DNA of 64,000 bases from Phoronis australis (lineage: Eukaryota > Animalia > Phoronida), in NCBI GenBank assembly GCA_002633005.1, contig NMRA01000306.1, positions 423,568-487,567 of the forward strand. The letters run 5' to 3'. Shown piece after piece: positions 49,511-62,359 of this stretch. Each line of letters starts with the position of its first letter. Within the stretch, counting starts at the first letter, position 1. A program made the position numbers and the translations under genes. The notes beneath the pieces are model-generated. The model was given only the letters and a program-made list of their open reading frames with translations, did not search any database and was not told the DNA's origin.

Positions 49511-52500
49511 AAACCCAATGGATCACACTTTTTTCAAATCAAAACCTTATCTTTGGTAAATGTCCAATGAGGCAGCAGATGATGCATGTCTTTTTCATTA
49601 CAAAATGGACGAACTCGCATAGTATGTTTACAATATTTGCCAACAAGAAGGCGTCTTGAAACAGTTCACCAGCATTCTCGTTCTCAGGTATAATACCCAG
49701 CGAATGTTTAGCAACAGGGACCAATCCAAGTTCTTAGAAGCATTTAGTCCGTGTGCTCTGAATTACTGCCATCAACATTACAAAAGACGCATACATTATT
49801 CATTAAAATCTGCGGTGTTTAAAGAGGCAATGGACGGGAAGGCTTGTCAGCAATATCTTTTCCGCGATTCCTCATTGAACTTGAACTCGTCTTATTGAAC
49901 GTGACACGGCCTTTTTGAACTTGAAAAGGTCTATGTGGCCTTGAAACTTGTTGAAATGGAACTGACTGTGCGTGCGTGCGATGTTGTCAATTTCCTCTAT
50001 GAGCTCCTAGTAACGTTCTTGTAAATCTTTTTGTCATTTTCCGAACGACGCCCTCTAACAGACAAATAGATCTTTAGGTAAACTGCGTAAATGGATGCTT
50101 TCCAAAAACTACGATTTCATGGAAACGTGTGTCATTTCATACGCATATTCCTAATAAAAGTGTTGAACAGTAGATTCCTTTGCCAAGTCGCCAATTTATT
50201 TATAACTGCATGACAAAAAACACAAACCCGATGTCATCACATTCCATAAAATAATGGAACATGTGAACAAAACTATTAAAAAATTGTCGTTGAAAAGACC
50301 CAAAATGCATTTAGATTATACTCCTTTGTTGAACCGATTACGGGGATCATTTGATTATCAACAGAACTTAGTTAACACCTGAAATCACCTATTATTCGTC
50401 ATTTTTGTAGTTTTAATGTTGAACAATTTCTGTGTCGATACAGAACATAAGTAGAACAAAAATTGACTTACTTCAAGTCTTGGATCAGGAGAACTGCAGT
50501 ACCCGACTGTTACAAAAGATATCGTCATCTCAAAAGGCTGATACCGCACTTTGAGCAACCATCCACCCACATACACATGCATGTATCGTAACTAAAGGTG
50601 GAACAGGTGTACTCCGCAGAAACCAACAGGGGCCATGGGGGAAGTGATTTACATGTATTAATGCATTCTGTAAAGCTGGGTACATGACGCTTCAATCTTT
50701 TGACTAACGTGGTGTGACAATCTGGCACCAGGCCCTGTAAAATGGTTTAGAGAAACCTACGCACAATCGATACAATAGAATGCAACATTTCTTTTAACCG
50801 CGGTATTGCAGTCCATTGTATTGTATCGTGTTCTTGTCACATGGTTAGTCATATTCCTTTGATACAAATTCCATCCATTTCCGTGTGACTACTTACATGT
50901 ATAAATACATTCCGTAGGGAAAATAACGAACATCCGACATTAATGTAGAGTTCCTGAGGGCACATTTAACTGATAAAAATGTTTATTTAGTGAGTATGCA
51001 CTTAAGAGGAACTCGTGTTAAGCACAGATTTGAAAGATGACTTGATAAAATACAGTTAAAGGCCTATGGTCCGAGTTATAGAAGAAAAAACCTCTTAACG
51101 CCGTTTAAGCCGGTTTTTTTAAGTGACATGCAGTTCAAAAAGTTATTAACTTTCAACTTGTGCAAAAAGTTTGAAAAAAATCGTTGTAAATACTACAAAC
51201 GAATGAAATGTTTACAAAGAATTTAGTATCCCGACCGCTAAACAGATTATAAACATTACAACAACGCATGCGCAGCCACAGATCTAGAGGTCAACAGAAT
51301 TTATACAAATGGCGGGGAGAGGTAGATCGATGAAGTGTACGTCCGAAGGCGAAACGCAGTTGTCCTGCTCTCCAAGATTCAGAAAAAGACGTGTTAGCCA
51401 GTACAAAAAGCGGCATTACCAACAAACCTTGTACCTGTAATCGACTCGTTCGATAGGTGAGAAACAATGAGGACAAGACTGAATGTTCGAACTCGTGAAG
51501 GTTTTACATTACAACAAATGAACAATACCAGGCTTTGGATGGACAAGTATAAGTCAGTAAGTGTGCTGTTTGTGAAATGTTCAATGACTCGTATACACGT
51601 TTAGAGCATTCACTTATGGGTGACTGATCTCAGTCAGCATACATCGGACCCGAATCATTTTGAAGAGCCTCAATTCGATTAGCCTTGGTACAAAGCTGTA
51701 TAATATACAGTCATCATACAGCTAGCTGGCTGGCTACAATTCGATCAGCTGTTCACTTTTTGTTCTAATACTACTAGTACTAGTAGTAGTACTGATTCAC
51801 GCTGACCTGGACTAGTTACACCATGTTAGTGTTGTAACATGTAGTTAAAACTGGTAAGGCCCTTTCATTCTAACGTCGACATGGCGATGTTTTGGGGAGT
51901 TGCAGTCAGTATGGATGGTTAACTACGGTCCTGAATCGAAGTTAACTGTGCCAGTTGACTTCACAGTAGACAAGCGGAGCGTCGATGCTGTGGTGTACGG
52001 TAGTATGAATGATTCAACTTCGGTTACATCGAAGAAGTTATTGTCAGGGGCCACTGCTATCATCGACAATTACAGGGTAATGTCGTCGCTAAAAGCTGCT
52101 CATATTTTGCTCGAGTAGTCACTAATCGAATTAGAAATAGGTTTTTGTGTCCATTAGCACATGTCAATGTTCCCAAATTATCACATTAAAAAATCCTTGT
52201 GGAGAAGTGTTGCATCTACACTACGTTGCGATTACTTCTATGACAACATCATCAGTTACAGTTTACTTAGACATCCAAAGCCGGTAAAAACGGTTCGATT
52301 AACTTTCCAGTTCATGTCGACACTCTGCTCAGACCGAAATTAAGTACAAAAGGGCTTTTAGATCGATTTCAACTAGCAGAACAATGTAGCAGGTGGTGTA
52401 AAGAATTGTGGCGTGAGAGGGGGGGGATGTTTGTAGGATGTGTTAGGGACTTCACCTGGCCACGCCAATAGCTTTATTAGAAAGCTCATATCAGTGTTTG

Positions 52501-55500
52501 TCGTACTGAGTACAGGGGGGGGGGATAAGTCTTGGTCAAGATGGCTATACTTGAGAATGTCTTATTAGTTTTGCTTTATTTTTTCCAGTTAGGAGAATAC
52601 TGACCACCTACAGGGGCCCGTGTAACCGTAAGTTGATCTTTCTTATTCCATTAAGTTTTAAAAGAAAGAATAGGTGTGCTAAACTTCAGTTATTGATGGC
52701 CACTTTTCTCTGTATTTCCATCTTAGACTGTGCAGGTTAGGAGAAAATGGTTAATTGCAATCTGCATGGTCCAGGTACATTACTTGAACTCACAACCTCA
52801 AAAAATTAGCCAGTCAAATCACGTGATTGGAGTACAAATCTTATGTTTGCTCATGTCATGGAATTGCTAAATTTTCGAGTTGTGTATCGAATACAGAGAT
52901 TAGGCTATGGGCTTTAAAGTAAGCCGGAATTTTCATCAATTATAAGTCTCTTAAGTCGCTGTCAGTTTAGAATAATGCTGTCTCAGCTACAAATTTTGCC
53001 TTCTGGTAATTAAATCAAAGTTGTTTTAAGCATAAAGGTGTGACAAATTGACTGAAAGTACATTCTTAAATCTTGTGATTGCTCCTGGTAAAGTGAGTCA
53101 AATTGTATTTAAACCCTCCTTCATCATCTGTACTTTCAGAATGAGTGGTTTAGACAACGCCCTCTACAAACTTCTTTGCAAGAGTCCCAGACTGGTCATC
53201 ACCTGAAGAAACCTTGAGGTATTGTTTCATTCATTTCCTTAATATCTCATGGAGTGACATTTCACATTTTATTCAACTCACAACTCACAATCCTAACCAA
53301 AGATATCACTGTTTCGTTTACAGTATTTAAACATGCCTTGTTTAAAGCCTGTTCAATTTCTATTCAGGGATTCACCCAGGATTTCGAAAATAGGGTGTCC
53401 AAAATGGGATTCCCAATATTTCGGAGTGTCCGTGATTCCGACAACCCATTACCCCTACCACCGTGCAGTGCACCAGCAACCCCCCACACTGATTTTTTTA
53501 CAAAAATACATAGATCAAAGCGTTTACATCTGCGTTTTCAAACTAACCCCCTGTAGCGAGCTTGGACCTAGACTTTTACACCTAAACTTATGAATACAGC
53601 CAAGCAGCTTACCAGACAAATATTAGAGATATTTTTTAAGGATGAGTGCACTTCGCACATGATGGCGTCACTGCTGTTCCATATTAAAACATGGAAATGC
53701 ACATTGAAATGCACGAAGCAGTGTTTCATTTGAGTTATTTATATTAGGTTTGTGTAAACCGTACTTTAGTGTGAAGTTTTTATTCTAATGTATCAGTGCT
53801 TTGGAGGATGTCCAGTTGAGCAAAGAACATTTGTAATGTAACTAATTTGCATGTGAAAATTTTCAACTCGCTTACAACTGTAGTATAAATGCAAGCTAAC
53901 TCCAGCTGCTGGTTGAAATTCTGTGCATCATGTTTGGTGTGGGGAGCAATTATGATTTCTAAAAACCTTATTTTGAAAATTTGCCCTTTTACGATTCCAT
54001 CTGTCGATTCAATGTCACTGTTTCAGATTCATAGATACATGTCTGAGTTCTCAGTGTAGAGGCCTCAGAATAAATTTTAAACTGAATGTCTTCTTACAAA
54101 TGCCACTATTGTCATCTTACAGGGATTCAGAGCTGTTGTTCACCGTTGTCCTTATCTTCTTTGTCACCTGCATCCTCACAATCTGGATCAAAGGTTTGTG
54201 TCTGCTCTTGTAAAGACTCTATGCTCTATTGGAATTTAAAGTAGATATAGGCATGCCTTATGTCACGAAAACCAACTGTTTATTTAGACCATGTACCATT
54301 AGTATGATATTGATCTCGAATTGTTCCTTGATAAAAATAAGGTGTGAAGTTTGGGCTTGAAAATCTCCAGCAATTTGTTACTACTTGAGAGTTTCTTTAG
54401 GTTGACGTGTCACAGCATGCCATTTCATTCACCTGACATGGTCACAACCATAATGAACTGACAGTTCTTTGCAAGACCAAAACTTATTTCTCATCTGAAT
54501 GAGGAAAGTGGTTAAAATCAAAAGTTAAGTTGCGCGGATAACAGGGTTTATAGCCGCAGAAATTTTTCTGTGAAAATGCAACTCTATTTTCTCTCAATGT
54601 AGGTTTCTTACTGCTTGTTAAAAGACGATAATAGTATGACCGGCTGCTGAGTAGCACTTGGGACATAACCATGTTGCCATGAGTTCAATTTCTTGTCTTG
54701 GAACTCTAGGATCCACTTAAACCATAAAGTGGCAATGGCCATCAAAAGTTATCATGATGCGATGAAGATTTGGCAATACGTGCATTAGTTCCTGCACCAT
54801 CTTTCTAACTTGCAACCTCTCACACTTGTTGATACTAGCATTCCGTTGGTGGTATAGATACAGTTATCATTACTTGTACCCAATGGTGGTTTTCTTTGCA
54901 CTGTATTTTTGGTTTTAGTGTTTCAGTGCTCAATTATATTGTAACTTTTCACAATATTTTACACTTACAGGCTACATAGGTACTTCAGTGAGAAATCTAA
55001 GAGTAATGCTGTCAAGGATTAAGAAAGGTCTATACTCCAGTGCCACCGGTGTCCATAATTAGCAGATGCTTGAGAGAAAAACAAGGCGTGCACAAACTTG
55101 ACACATGACTTCCAGGGGCCACCCAGTTCATTGCCTTGACGATCAATGGTTTTGCAATGACAACAAATGTTATTTGATCTATCAAAAGAACTATCACTGC
55201 TTCAGTGAACATTTGACTCTGATTTTAAAGTTACCTTTGCATAGTAGCTTGACGTGGATATAGACTGTTGTCAATACAAAAGGACACGGCTATATTTTTG
55301 ATCTTACTCATTTACCGTACAGCATATAAATCTGACATTCTACTTTTTATATATGTAAACCAACAATCCTTGACCACTGTTTGCTTACATTTGACTCCAA
55401 AACTGTGATACAGTACCTGCTTTTTAATTGAAGTGCTCATGTAACTTGGTTCATGTTGAGTCTATCAACAGTCATCATCTGCTTTTGTTGGTCCACGTGG

Positions 55501-56487
55501 TTGTGCGAATTGACTACGTAATTAATATAAATGTGTCCATGACTTCAAACATATTTCGATTAATTACATGTCATGCTGCAACTCTTGTTTGCATTTACAT
55601 TTCTGTTGTGTTGAGAATTACTGCAGTGAAATGCATTTGATGTTATACAGGTTAAACTTCGGCAGTGAAAATCCATTTTGTTTGTTAATGTGATTATGTC
55701 ATTGCTGTTAAAGCTGCTATGAACCTGCCTTCCTTCAATTAAACCAACTCTTGATTGTGACTATTTATTGTCTTGGCCCATTCCTTACTCAAAGTACAAG
55801 TGATTCCTGGAATTAGAAAGAACTGACAGTTTGTTATAGCTCGAACCTCAGTTTATCAAGTTGCCTTGAAACAGCTTGTCATTTTCTGTAGGTGAATTTG
55901 TTACAAGCCAAGAAACCCATCCTCAGCTGGGTAAAGAAACTTACTGATAGGAGGTCTGATGCGGAAAATGGTATAAATTAAAAGTTACTTTATTGTTGAT
56001 GGAATGTTGGTTTGTAGCAACTTTACCAGTTCTGTTTCATTACATTTAAGTCTTCATCCGATTTTCAGTATGAAACTAAGAAATGGTATTGGGCATAAAT
56101 TTTGTTTATTAGTACCCCAAAGAAATCACATTTATCTGAGTACTAAGTAGTAGACAAAACAAATATGCATTAGACACATAAAATATGGTGCCTGAGTAAA
56201 TAACATAATTTGTTTGACTGCAAGCAAAGTAGATAAAGCAGTATTTTGTGACATAACCCTTGCATTGCGAAAATATGTTGGGGTAGGCGCCTTTTGTTGT
56301 AGTTGGTACCTTTGTTGAAAGCCAGCACATCATTACGGTAGACTCTTGCCAGTTCCTCATTTATGACGATGAAACCAAAAGTCCTGAATCAAAAATAAAA
56401 ATAAAATTTTCTTCATAGTCATGTATAAGAGAAAAAAATTCTTCATTAACTAGTGTACTTCAAAAGCTGAATACCTTATAGAATGCG

Positions 56488-56660
56488 AACAGTTTGTCCC
56501 GTCAGCACGCCATCTTTTTGGTCACATCACGTGACCTAATGAATGTATGTCCGAAAAGATTTCTGCCCTAGACAGGGACGGGCAGAAATCTTTTTGGATT
56601 GATATTCATTAGGTCACGTGATGTGACCAAAAACATGGCGTGCTGATGGGACAAGCTGTT
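56488..56660. repeat. ~170-bp near-perfect inverted repeat (foldback)
   Basis: aacagtttgtcccgtcagcacgccatc...gatttctgccc / gggcagaaatc...atggcgtgctgatgggacaagctgtt, short loop. Confidence 0.92.
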
Positions 56661-57400
56661 TGCGACATTTTTCCATGCCTTATTGAAAAAGATTTATTTA
56701 TACATACCTTATAGAATGTACTGTTGGCAATCCATTGTTATGGCTATTTTGGTATTTATACTTAAATTTCAGATAAACAATAAACAAAACTCAAATAAGG
56801 AATGTGTTTTATTGTGTTTTGTTTAGTTTGACTAAAACTGGACCTTATCATGAACCTGCCAATAATCCATAGATAGTCTTTATGAATATTCATATCACAG
56901 GCATACTGTCAGGGCCTTAATAATGTCTTCACTTCACAATTGCCAAGTAAAGGTTTACTCCAGTTGTCATTAATACCTAATAGCCTGGAAATAATTTGTT
57001 CACATTTTCTCAATAAGTAACAATTATGAGCATATTCAGATAATTTATTTATTTGTTAAACTGAGTTTTGGGTATTTGTGTAACATAGATGTTGAGTGCA
57101 AGACCAAATCTCTGTAGCCAGAGCCTTGGAAGGAAAATGGTAAAAGGTTATTACAAGTGTCATGTCAGCTGTGTTTTCTTTCACATAGTCACATGTGTGC
57201 ATAATGAGGGTGCTTAACTGGATTTCCAAAACTGTCTTTATAAGAAATACTCACAGGCATAAGCAAAATGCAGGTGATAGGTTGCTTCTTATAGATCTTT
57301 TCAGTGTAGTGGACACTCTTCAGCATCTGCCACATGTACACCCTGATGACAATCACAGCTGGTGATACCCACCACCCCAGTGAGTATGGACACACATTCT

Positions 57401-60400
57401 AAAATAGGTGGCGCTAAGTGACAGTCTCCAAAGCAAAGTTATGTTTACAATAAGTATTTGGCCTGAAATTCTACAGTCTACAGAGCGCTATTCAGCCACA
57501 GTAGAACAGTGCTAGCTGGGTCAGTCTGGGTCAACTAGGCATAACCAAAACAAAGTGAACTAACTGAAAGCCAGCCAGCTGTGTGCATACGTGACCGAAG
57601 GAACAACGATATCCGAAAATCTCGAATAATTCAAAAAGTAGTCGTCGTAGCGCAAAATGAAAATTATCACCTGAAAGCCCGTTCAAAACTCTATCTCAAG
57701 TGGTAGTTTGTCAAACACGATAACATTCATGTGACTAGGGAAGAAATCAAATAGAGAGCATATAATGAACTACAATAAAGAATAATAGATAGCGCAACAT
57801 GACGGACGAGCCATGCTTTGTTCCCGCAATCCAAAATAGGTGGCACTATGTGACAGTCTGCAGAGCAAAGTTATGTTTACAATAGTATTTCGCCTGGAAT
57901 CCCAGACTACAGTACGACAGTGCTACCTGGGTCAGTCGGGGTCACAACTCTCTGTTAACTTGTGCAGACACAACCAAAGCAAAGTGAACTGAAAGCCAGC
58001 CAGCTGAGTGCATACGAGACCGAAGGAACAACGGTATCCGAAAATCTCAAATAATTCAAAAAGTAGACGTCGTAGTGCAAAATGGAAATTATCATCTGAA
58101 AGCCCGTTCAAAACTCTATCTAAAGTGGTAGTTTGTCAAACACGATAACATTCATGTGACTAGCAAAAAATCAATAGAGAGCATACAATNNNNNNNNNNN
58201 NNNNNNNNNNNNNNNNNNNNNNNNNNNNNNNNNNNNNNNNNNNNNNNNNNNNNNNNNNNNNNNNNNNNNNNNNNNNNNNNNNNNNNNNNNNNNNNNNNNN
58301 NNNNNNNNNNNNNNNNNNNNNNNNNNNNNNNNNNNNNNNNNNAATAATTCAAAAAGTAGACGTCGTAGCGCAAAATGAAAATTATCATCTGAAAGCCCGT
58401 TCAAAACTCTATCTAAAGTGGTAGTTTGTCAAACACGATAACATTCATGTGACTAGCAAAAAATCAAACAGAGAGCATACAATCAACTACAATCAAGAAC
58501 AATAGATGGCGCAACATGACGGACGAGCCATGCTTTAAAGTAGGACAGTGCTGGCTGGGTCAGTCTGGGTCAACTAGGCATAACCAAAACAAAGTGAACT
58601 GAAAGCCAGCCACTTGCGCGCTTGCATAGGAACAACGGTATCCGAAAATCTCGAAACATTAAAAAAGTAGACGTCGTAGCGCAAAATGGAAAGTATCTTC
58701 TGAAAGCCCGTTCAAATCTCTATCTAAAGTGGTAGTTTGGCAAAAATCCAAAAAATTTTCGAGAAAATTGAAAATTTGCCGGGTTTTTTTTTGAAATTCA
58801 AAGTCAAATAACTCGAAAACTGTAAGTCTGAGAAATACGCTCTCGCAGACTTTTTGAAAGGCCATACTTCAAGGAATCCACACGCAAAAATTCACGTCAT
58901 TTGCTCTTCCCATAAAAAATGCGACACGAGAGCGATTGAAACAGTGTGAACATGCCCCACAGCCGCCATCTTGAAGGTGACTTCCGGTTCAATATTTTTT
59001 TATAAAAGCTTATTAACCTCAACAAACACGTGACCATTTTGAAAGTGATTGGTTTGCAATTGCGCCCTCTACAGGAGAAAACGTTTTTAGCCATATTTAG
59101 GGGTGCGCATGCGCCACGTCCAATAATTCCGCCATCTTTAACCGGAAGTCTACGATTTTCTGCACAATTCTAGCACATGCGTTTTAGTATATTCGTACCA
59201 ATTTTCAGCCATGTAGGTTGAAAAATGCGGCCTCTACTTGTTTTTGACTGTGAAATTGGATTCACAATGGCCGCCACGTCCGCCATTTTGTATCCGATCA
59301 TGACCAAAAACAGTAACTTTCCAGTGATTCCCAATCTACATGTTGTGTGCAAATTTCGTGAAAATCGGACCAGAATTGCGACCTGTAGAGAGCGAACAAA
59401 CAAAAAAATGAAATCGCTCTGAGGAGCGAAACTTGGCGAAATTAACCAAAAAGATGACGATAAAGACGATGACGTAGATGACGAATATGACGACGATGGT
59501 GGCGAGGATGAACAAAAGAAGTAATAATAACATACACATGACGAACGTAGAAGTCCGAAATCAGTAAGAAAAAGGCTACAGTCTTGTGCTACACTTGGCG
59601 AAATTAACGGAAAAGACAACGACGGAGATGATGACGAAGATGATGACGATGATGACGAATATGATGATGGTGGTGGCGATGATGAACAACATCACAACAT
59701 TCATGTTACGAACTTAGATGTCATAAATCAATAAGAAATAGGCTACAGTCTACTTCAATAGAAGATCAATCCACATCAAAACAGCAAGAGCGCTCAACAA
59801 AGGAACAGCGTTATCAGAAAATCTCAAATACCTCGAAAAGTAGACGTCCTAGCGAAAAATGGAAACCATCTTCTGAAAGCCCGTTCAAAATTCTATCTAA
59901 ACTAGTGGTATCGCCTAATTCCGTAAATTGTTCGGAAAAAATGAAATTGCGTTTTTTTTAAGAAATTCAAAGTCAAATAACTCGAAAACGGTAAGTCTGA
60001 GAAAAAAATTGTTACAGGCCATTTGAAAGAATATACTTCAAAGAATCCACATGCAAAAAATCACGTCTTTTTCTCTTCCCGTTTAAAATCGAACTTCAGC
60101 ACGACTGAAAATGGGTCAACATGGGCCAGATCCGCCATCTTGAAAGCAACTTCCGGTTTTTTGGATCAGTATAGTAGCATGTCATAAGAAACTACTACCT
60201 GTAAAAATTCGAAGGAATTGGTCTGATAAGGCGCCCTCTACAGGAGAAAACGTTTTTAGGCCAAAATCGAGGTGCGCATGCGCGATCGCCGATATTTCCG
60301 CCATCTTTATTCGGAAGTAAACAATTTACAGTATACCTGTAGAAAACTTCCGGTCCAGTTACTGTGCCGATTCTTAGCCTTTTACGTAAAAAATTGTAGC

Positions 60401-61949
60401 CTCCAGAAGCATTTGAACCTTGAAATGAAAACAAAATGGCCGCCACAGCCGCCATCTTGGATCCGATTTTGACGAAAAACACTAGGCTTCCAGTACTTCT
60501 GGAAGTACGTGTTATGTGTAAATTTTGTGATGATCGGACGAAAATTACGACCTGTATCGCGCGAACAAACAAAAAAAACTTAGTGGAAGAGCAACATACT
60601 TGGCGAAATTTATTTCGCCAAGTAATAATAAATGAAAGCGCTCCGAGGAGCGAACCTTGGCGAAATTAACCAAAAAGATAACGATAAAGATGATGACGAA
60701 GATGACGAATATGACGACGATGGTGAAAAAAAGAAGTATTAATAACATACACATGGCGAACGTAGAGGTCCGAAATCAGTAAGAAAAAGGCTACAGTCTT
60801 GTGCGACACTTGGCGAAATTAACGGAAAAGACAACGACGGAGATGATGACGAAGATGACGATGATGATGACGAATATGATGATGGTGGTGGCGATGATGA
60901 ACAACATCACAACATTCATATGACGAACTTATATGTCATAAATCAATAACAAATAGGCTACAGTCTAGTTCAATAGAAGATATACTGTACCAACATCAAT
61001 GCAGCAAGAGCGCTCAACAAAGGAACAGCGTTATCAGAAAATCTCAAATAACTCGAAAAGTAGACGTCCTAGCGAAAAATGGAAAACATCTTCTGAAAGC
61101 CCGTTCAAACTTCTATCTAAACAGATGGTATCGCCTAATTCCGTAAATTTTTCGAAAAAAATGAAATTTTGCTTATTTTTATGAAATTCAAAGTCAAATA
61201 ACTCGAAAACAGTAAGTCTGAGAAAAAATCGTAACAAGCCATTTGTAAGAGTATACATTAGAGAATCCACATGCAAAAATTCATGTCTTTTCCTTCACCC
61301 GTTTAAATAGCATTTACGTACGACTGAAAATAGGTCAACATGCACAAGATCCGCCATCTCGAATGCAACTTCCGGTTTTTTGGGTTGATATAATAGCATT
61401 TCACAAAAAACTAATATCCGTAAAACTTCAAAGGAATTGGCCTTATAATGCGCCCTCTACAGGAGAAAACGTTTTTAGGCCAAAATTGAGGTGCGCATGC
61501 GCGATCGCCGATATTTCCGCCATCTTAAATCTGAAGTAAACAATTTCCGCTATGCTTGTAGCAAACTTCCGGTCCACTTACTGTGCCGATTCTTAGCCTT
61601 TTACGTAAAAAATTGTAGCCTCCAGAAGCATTTGAACCTTTAAATGAAAACAAAATGGCCGCCACAGCCGCCATCTTGGATCCGATTTTGACGAAAAACA
61701 ACAGGCTTCCAGTACTTCCGGAAGTACGTATTATGTGTAAAATTCGTGATGATCAGACAAAAATTGCGACCTGTATCGTGCGAACAACAAAAAAAAACTT
61801 AGTGGAAGAGCAATATACTTGGCGAAATTTATTTCGCCAAGTAACTAGTAAAACCTTGCTGTCAGAGCAACATACTTGGCGGAAGAATTCCGACAAGTAA
61901 AAACTTGCTATCAGAGCAACATACTTGGCGGAAGAATTCCGCCAAGTAA
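57401..61949 (-). mobile_element. Helentron-associated (HINE/DINE-1-like) head-to-tail array
   Basis: ~1220-bp period (59801 vs 61021); terminal hairpins tacttggcg..cgccaagta (60597, ~61817, ~61873, 61922); subTIR cttggcgaaatt next to hairpin cgctc..gagcg (~59414, ~60639); (GAT/GAC)n tracts; additional ~430-bp subrepeats at 57401-58630. Confidence 0.7.
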
Positions 61950-62359
61950 AGATGTTACTAATATGCCCATGACAGCAAAATGCGATAAGCCACCACTGTC
62001 GAATATATCTTCAACTTGTAAAGAATACAAGCAGATGACCTGATTCGTGTAGAAAGCATTTTAATTCAACAATTTACATGAAGAAACGTAACCCTGCATC
62101 CAGCATAATACAGCACTGTACCTAATCCGTAACACTACCGAGACGATCACCGCAGTTTGGTCATACTTACTTTTCATGTTTCGAAGCTAATTTTCCGAAA
62201 AAATACTTATACCCTTCCGTCAGACAACTCTTCGGTGCATTGACGTGTTCTCTAATGTATTTTTCTACGTCTCTGTGGTTAATTACCGACTCATATTTTA
62301 AGATTTAATATCCAGGTTGTACTCGAAAGACCGGCCATTTAACTCATGCAATGAAAGTT

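Larger units (their letters stand above)
51060..62338 (+). mobile_element. Putative degenerate Kolobok-type DNA transposon
   Basis: TTAA|AGGCCTATGGTCCGAGT left end; weak inverted match actcg..ggccattTAA at ~62321-62342; spliced + strand pseudo-exons; - strand AYRILLSWAY relic at ~61960-62010. Confidence 0.4.

Noticed and set aside
50470-50735. Cys-rich exon-like segment (ECINTCKS..CSTFSYDTCMC), vaguely PAN/apple-like
   Set aside because: In-frame stops before the donor and no linked exons; too weak to call
59170-60910. Ser-rich/acidic or hydrophobic ORFs (59170-59619, 60545-60754)
   Set aside because: Translation of (GAT/GAC)n tracts inside the HINE-like repeat units
61807-61949. Repeated palindromic gagcaacatacttggcg..cgccaagtaa resembling a CRISPR array
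   Set aside because: Eukaryotic context, no cas genes, spacers short and similar to each other; explained as reiterated Helentron-type termini
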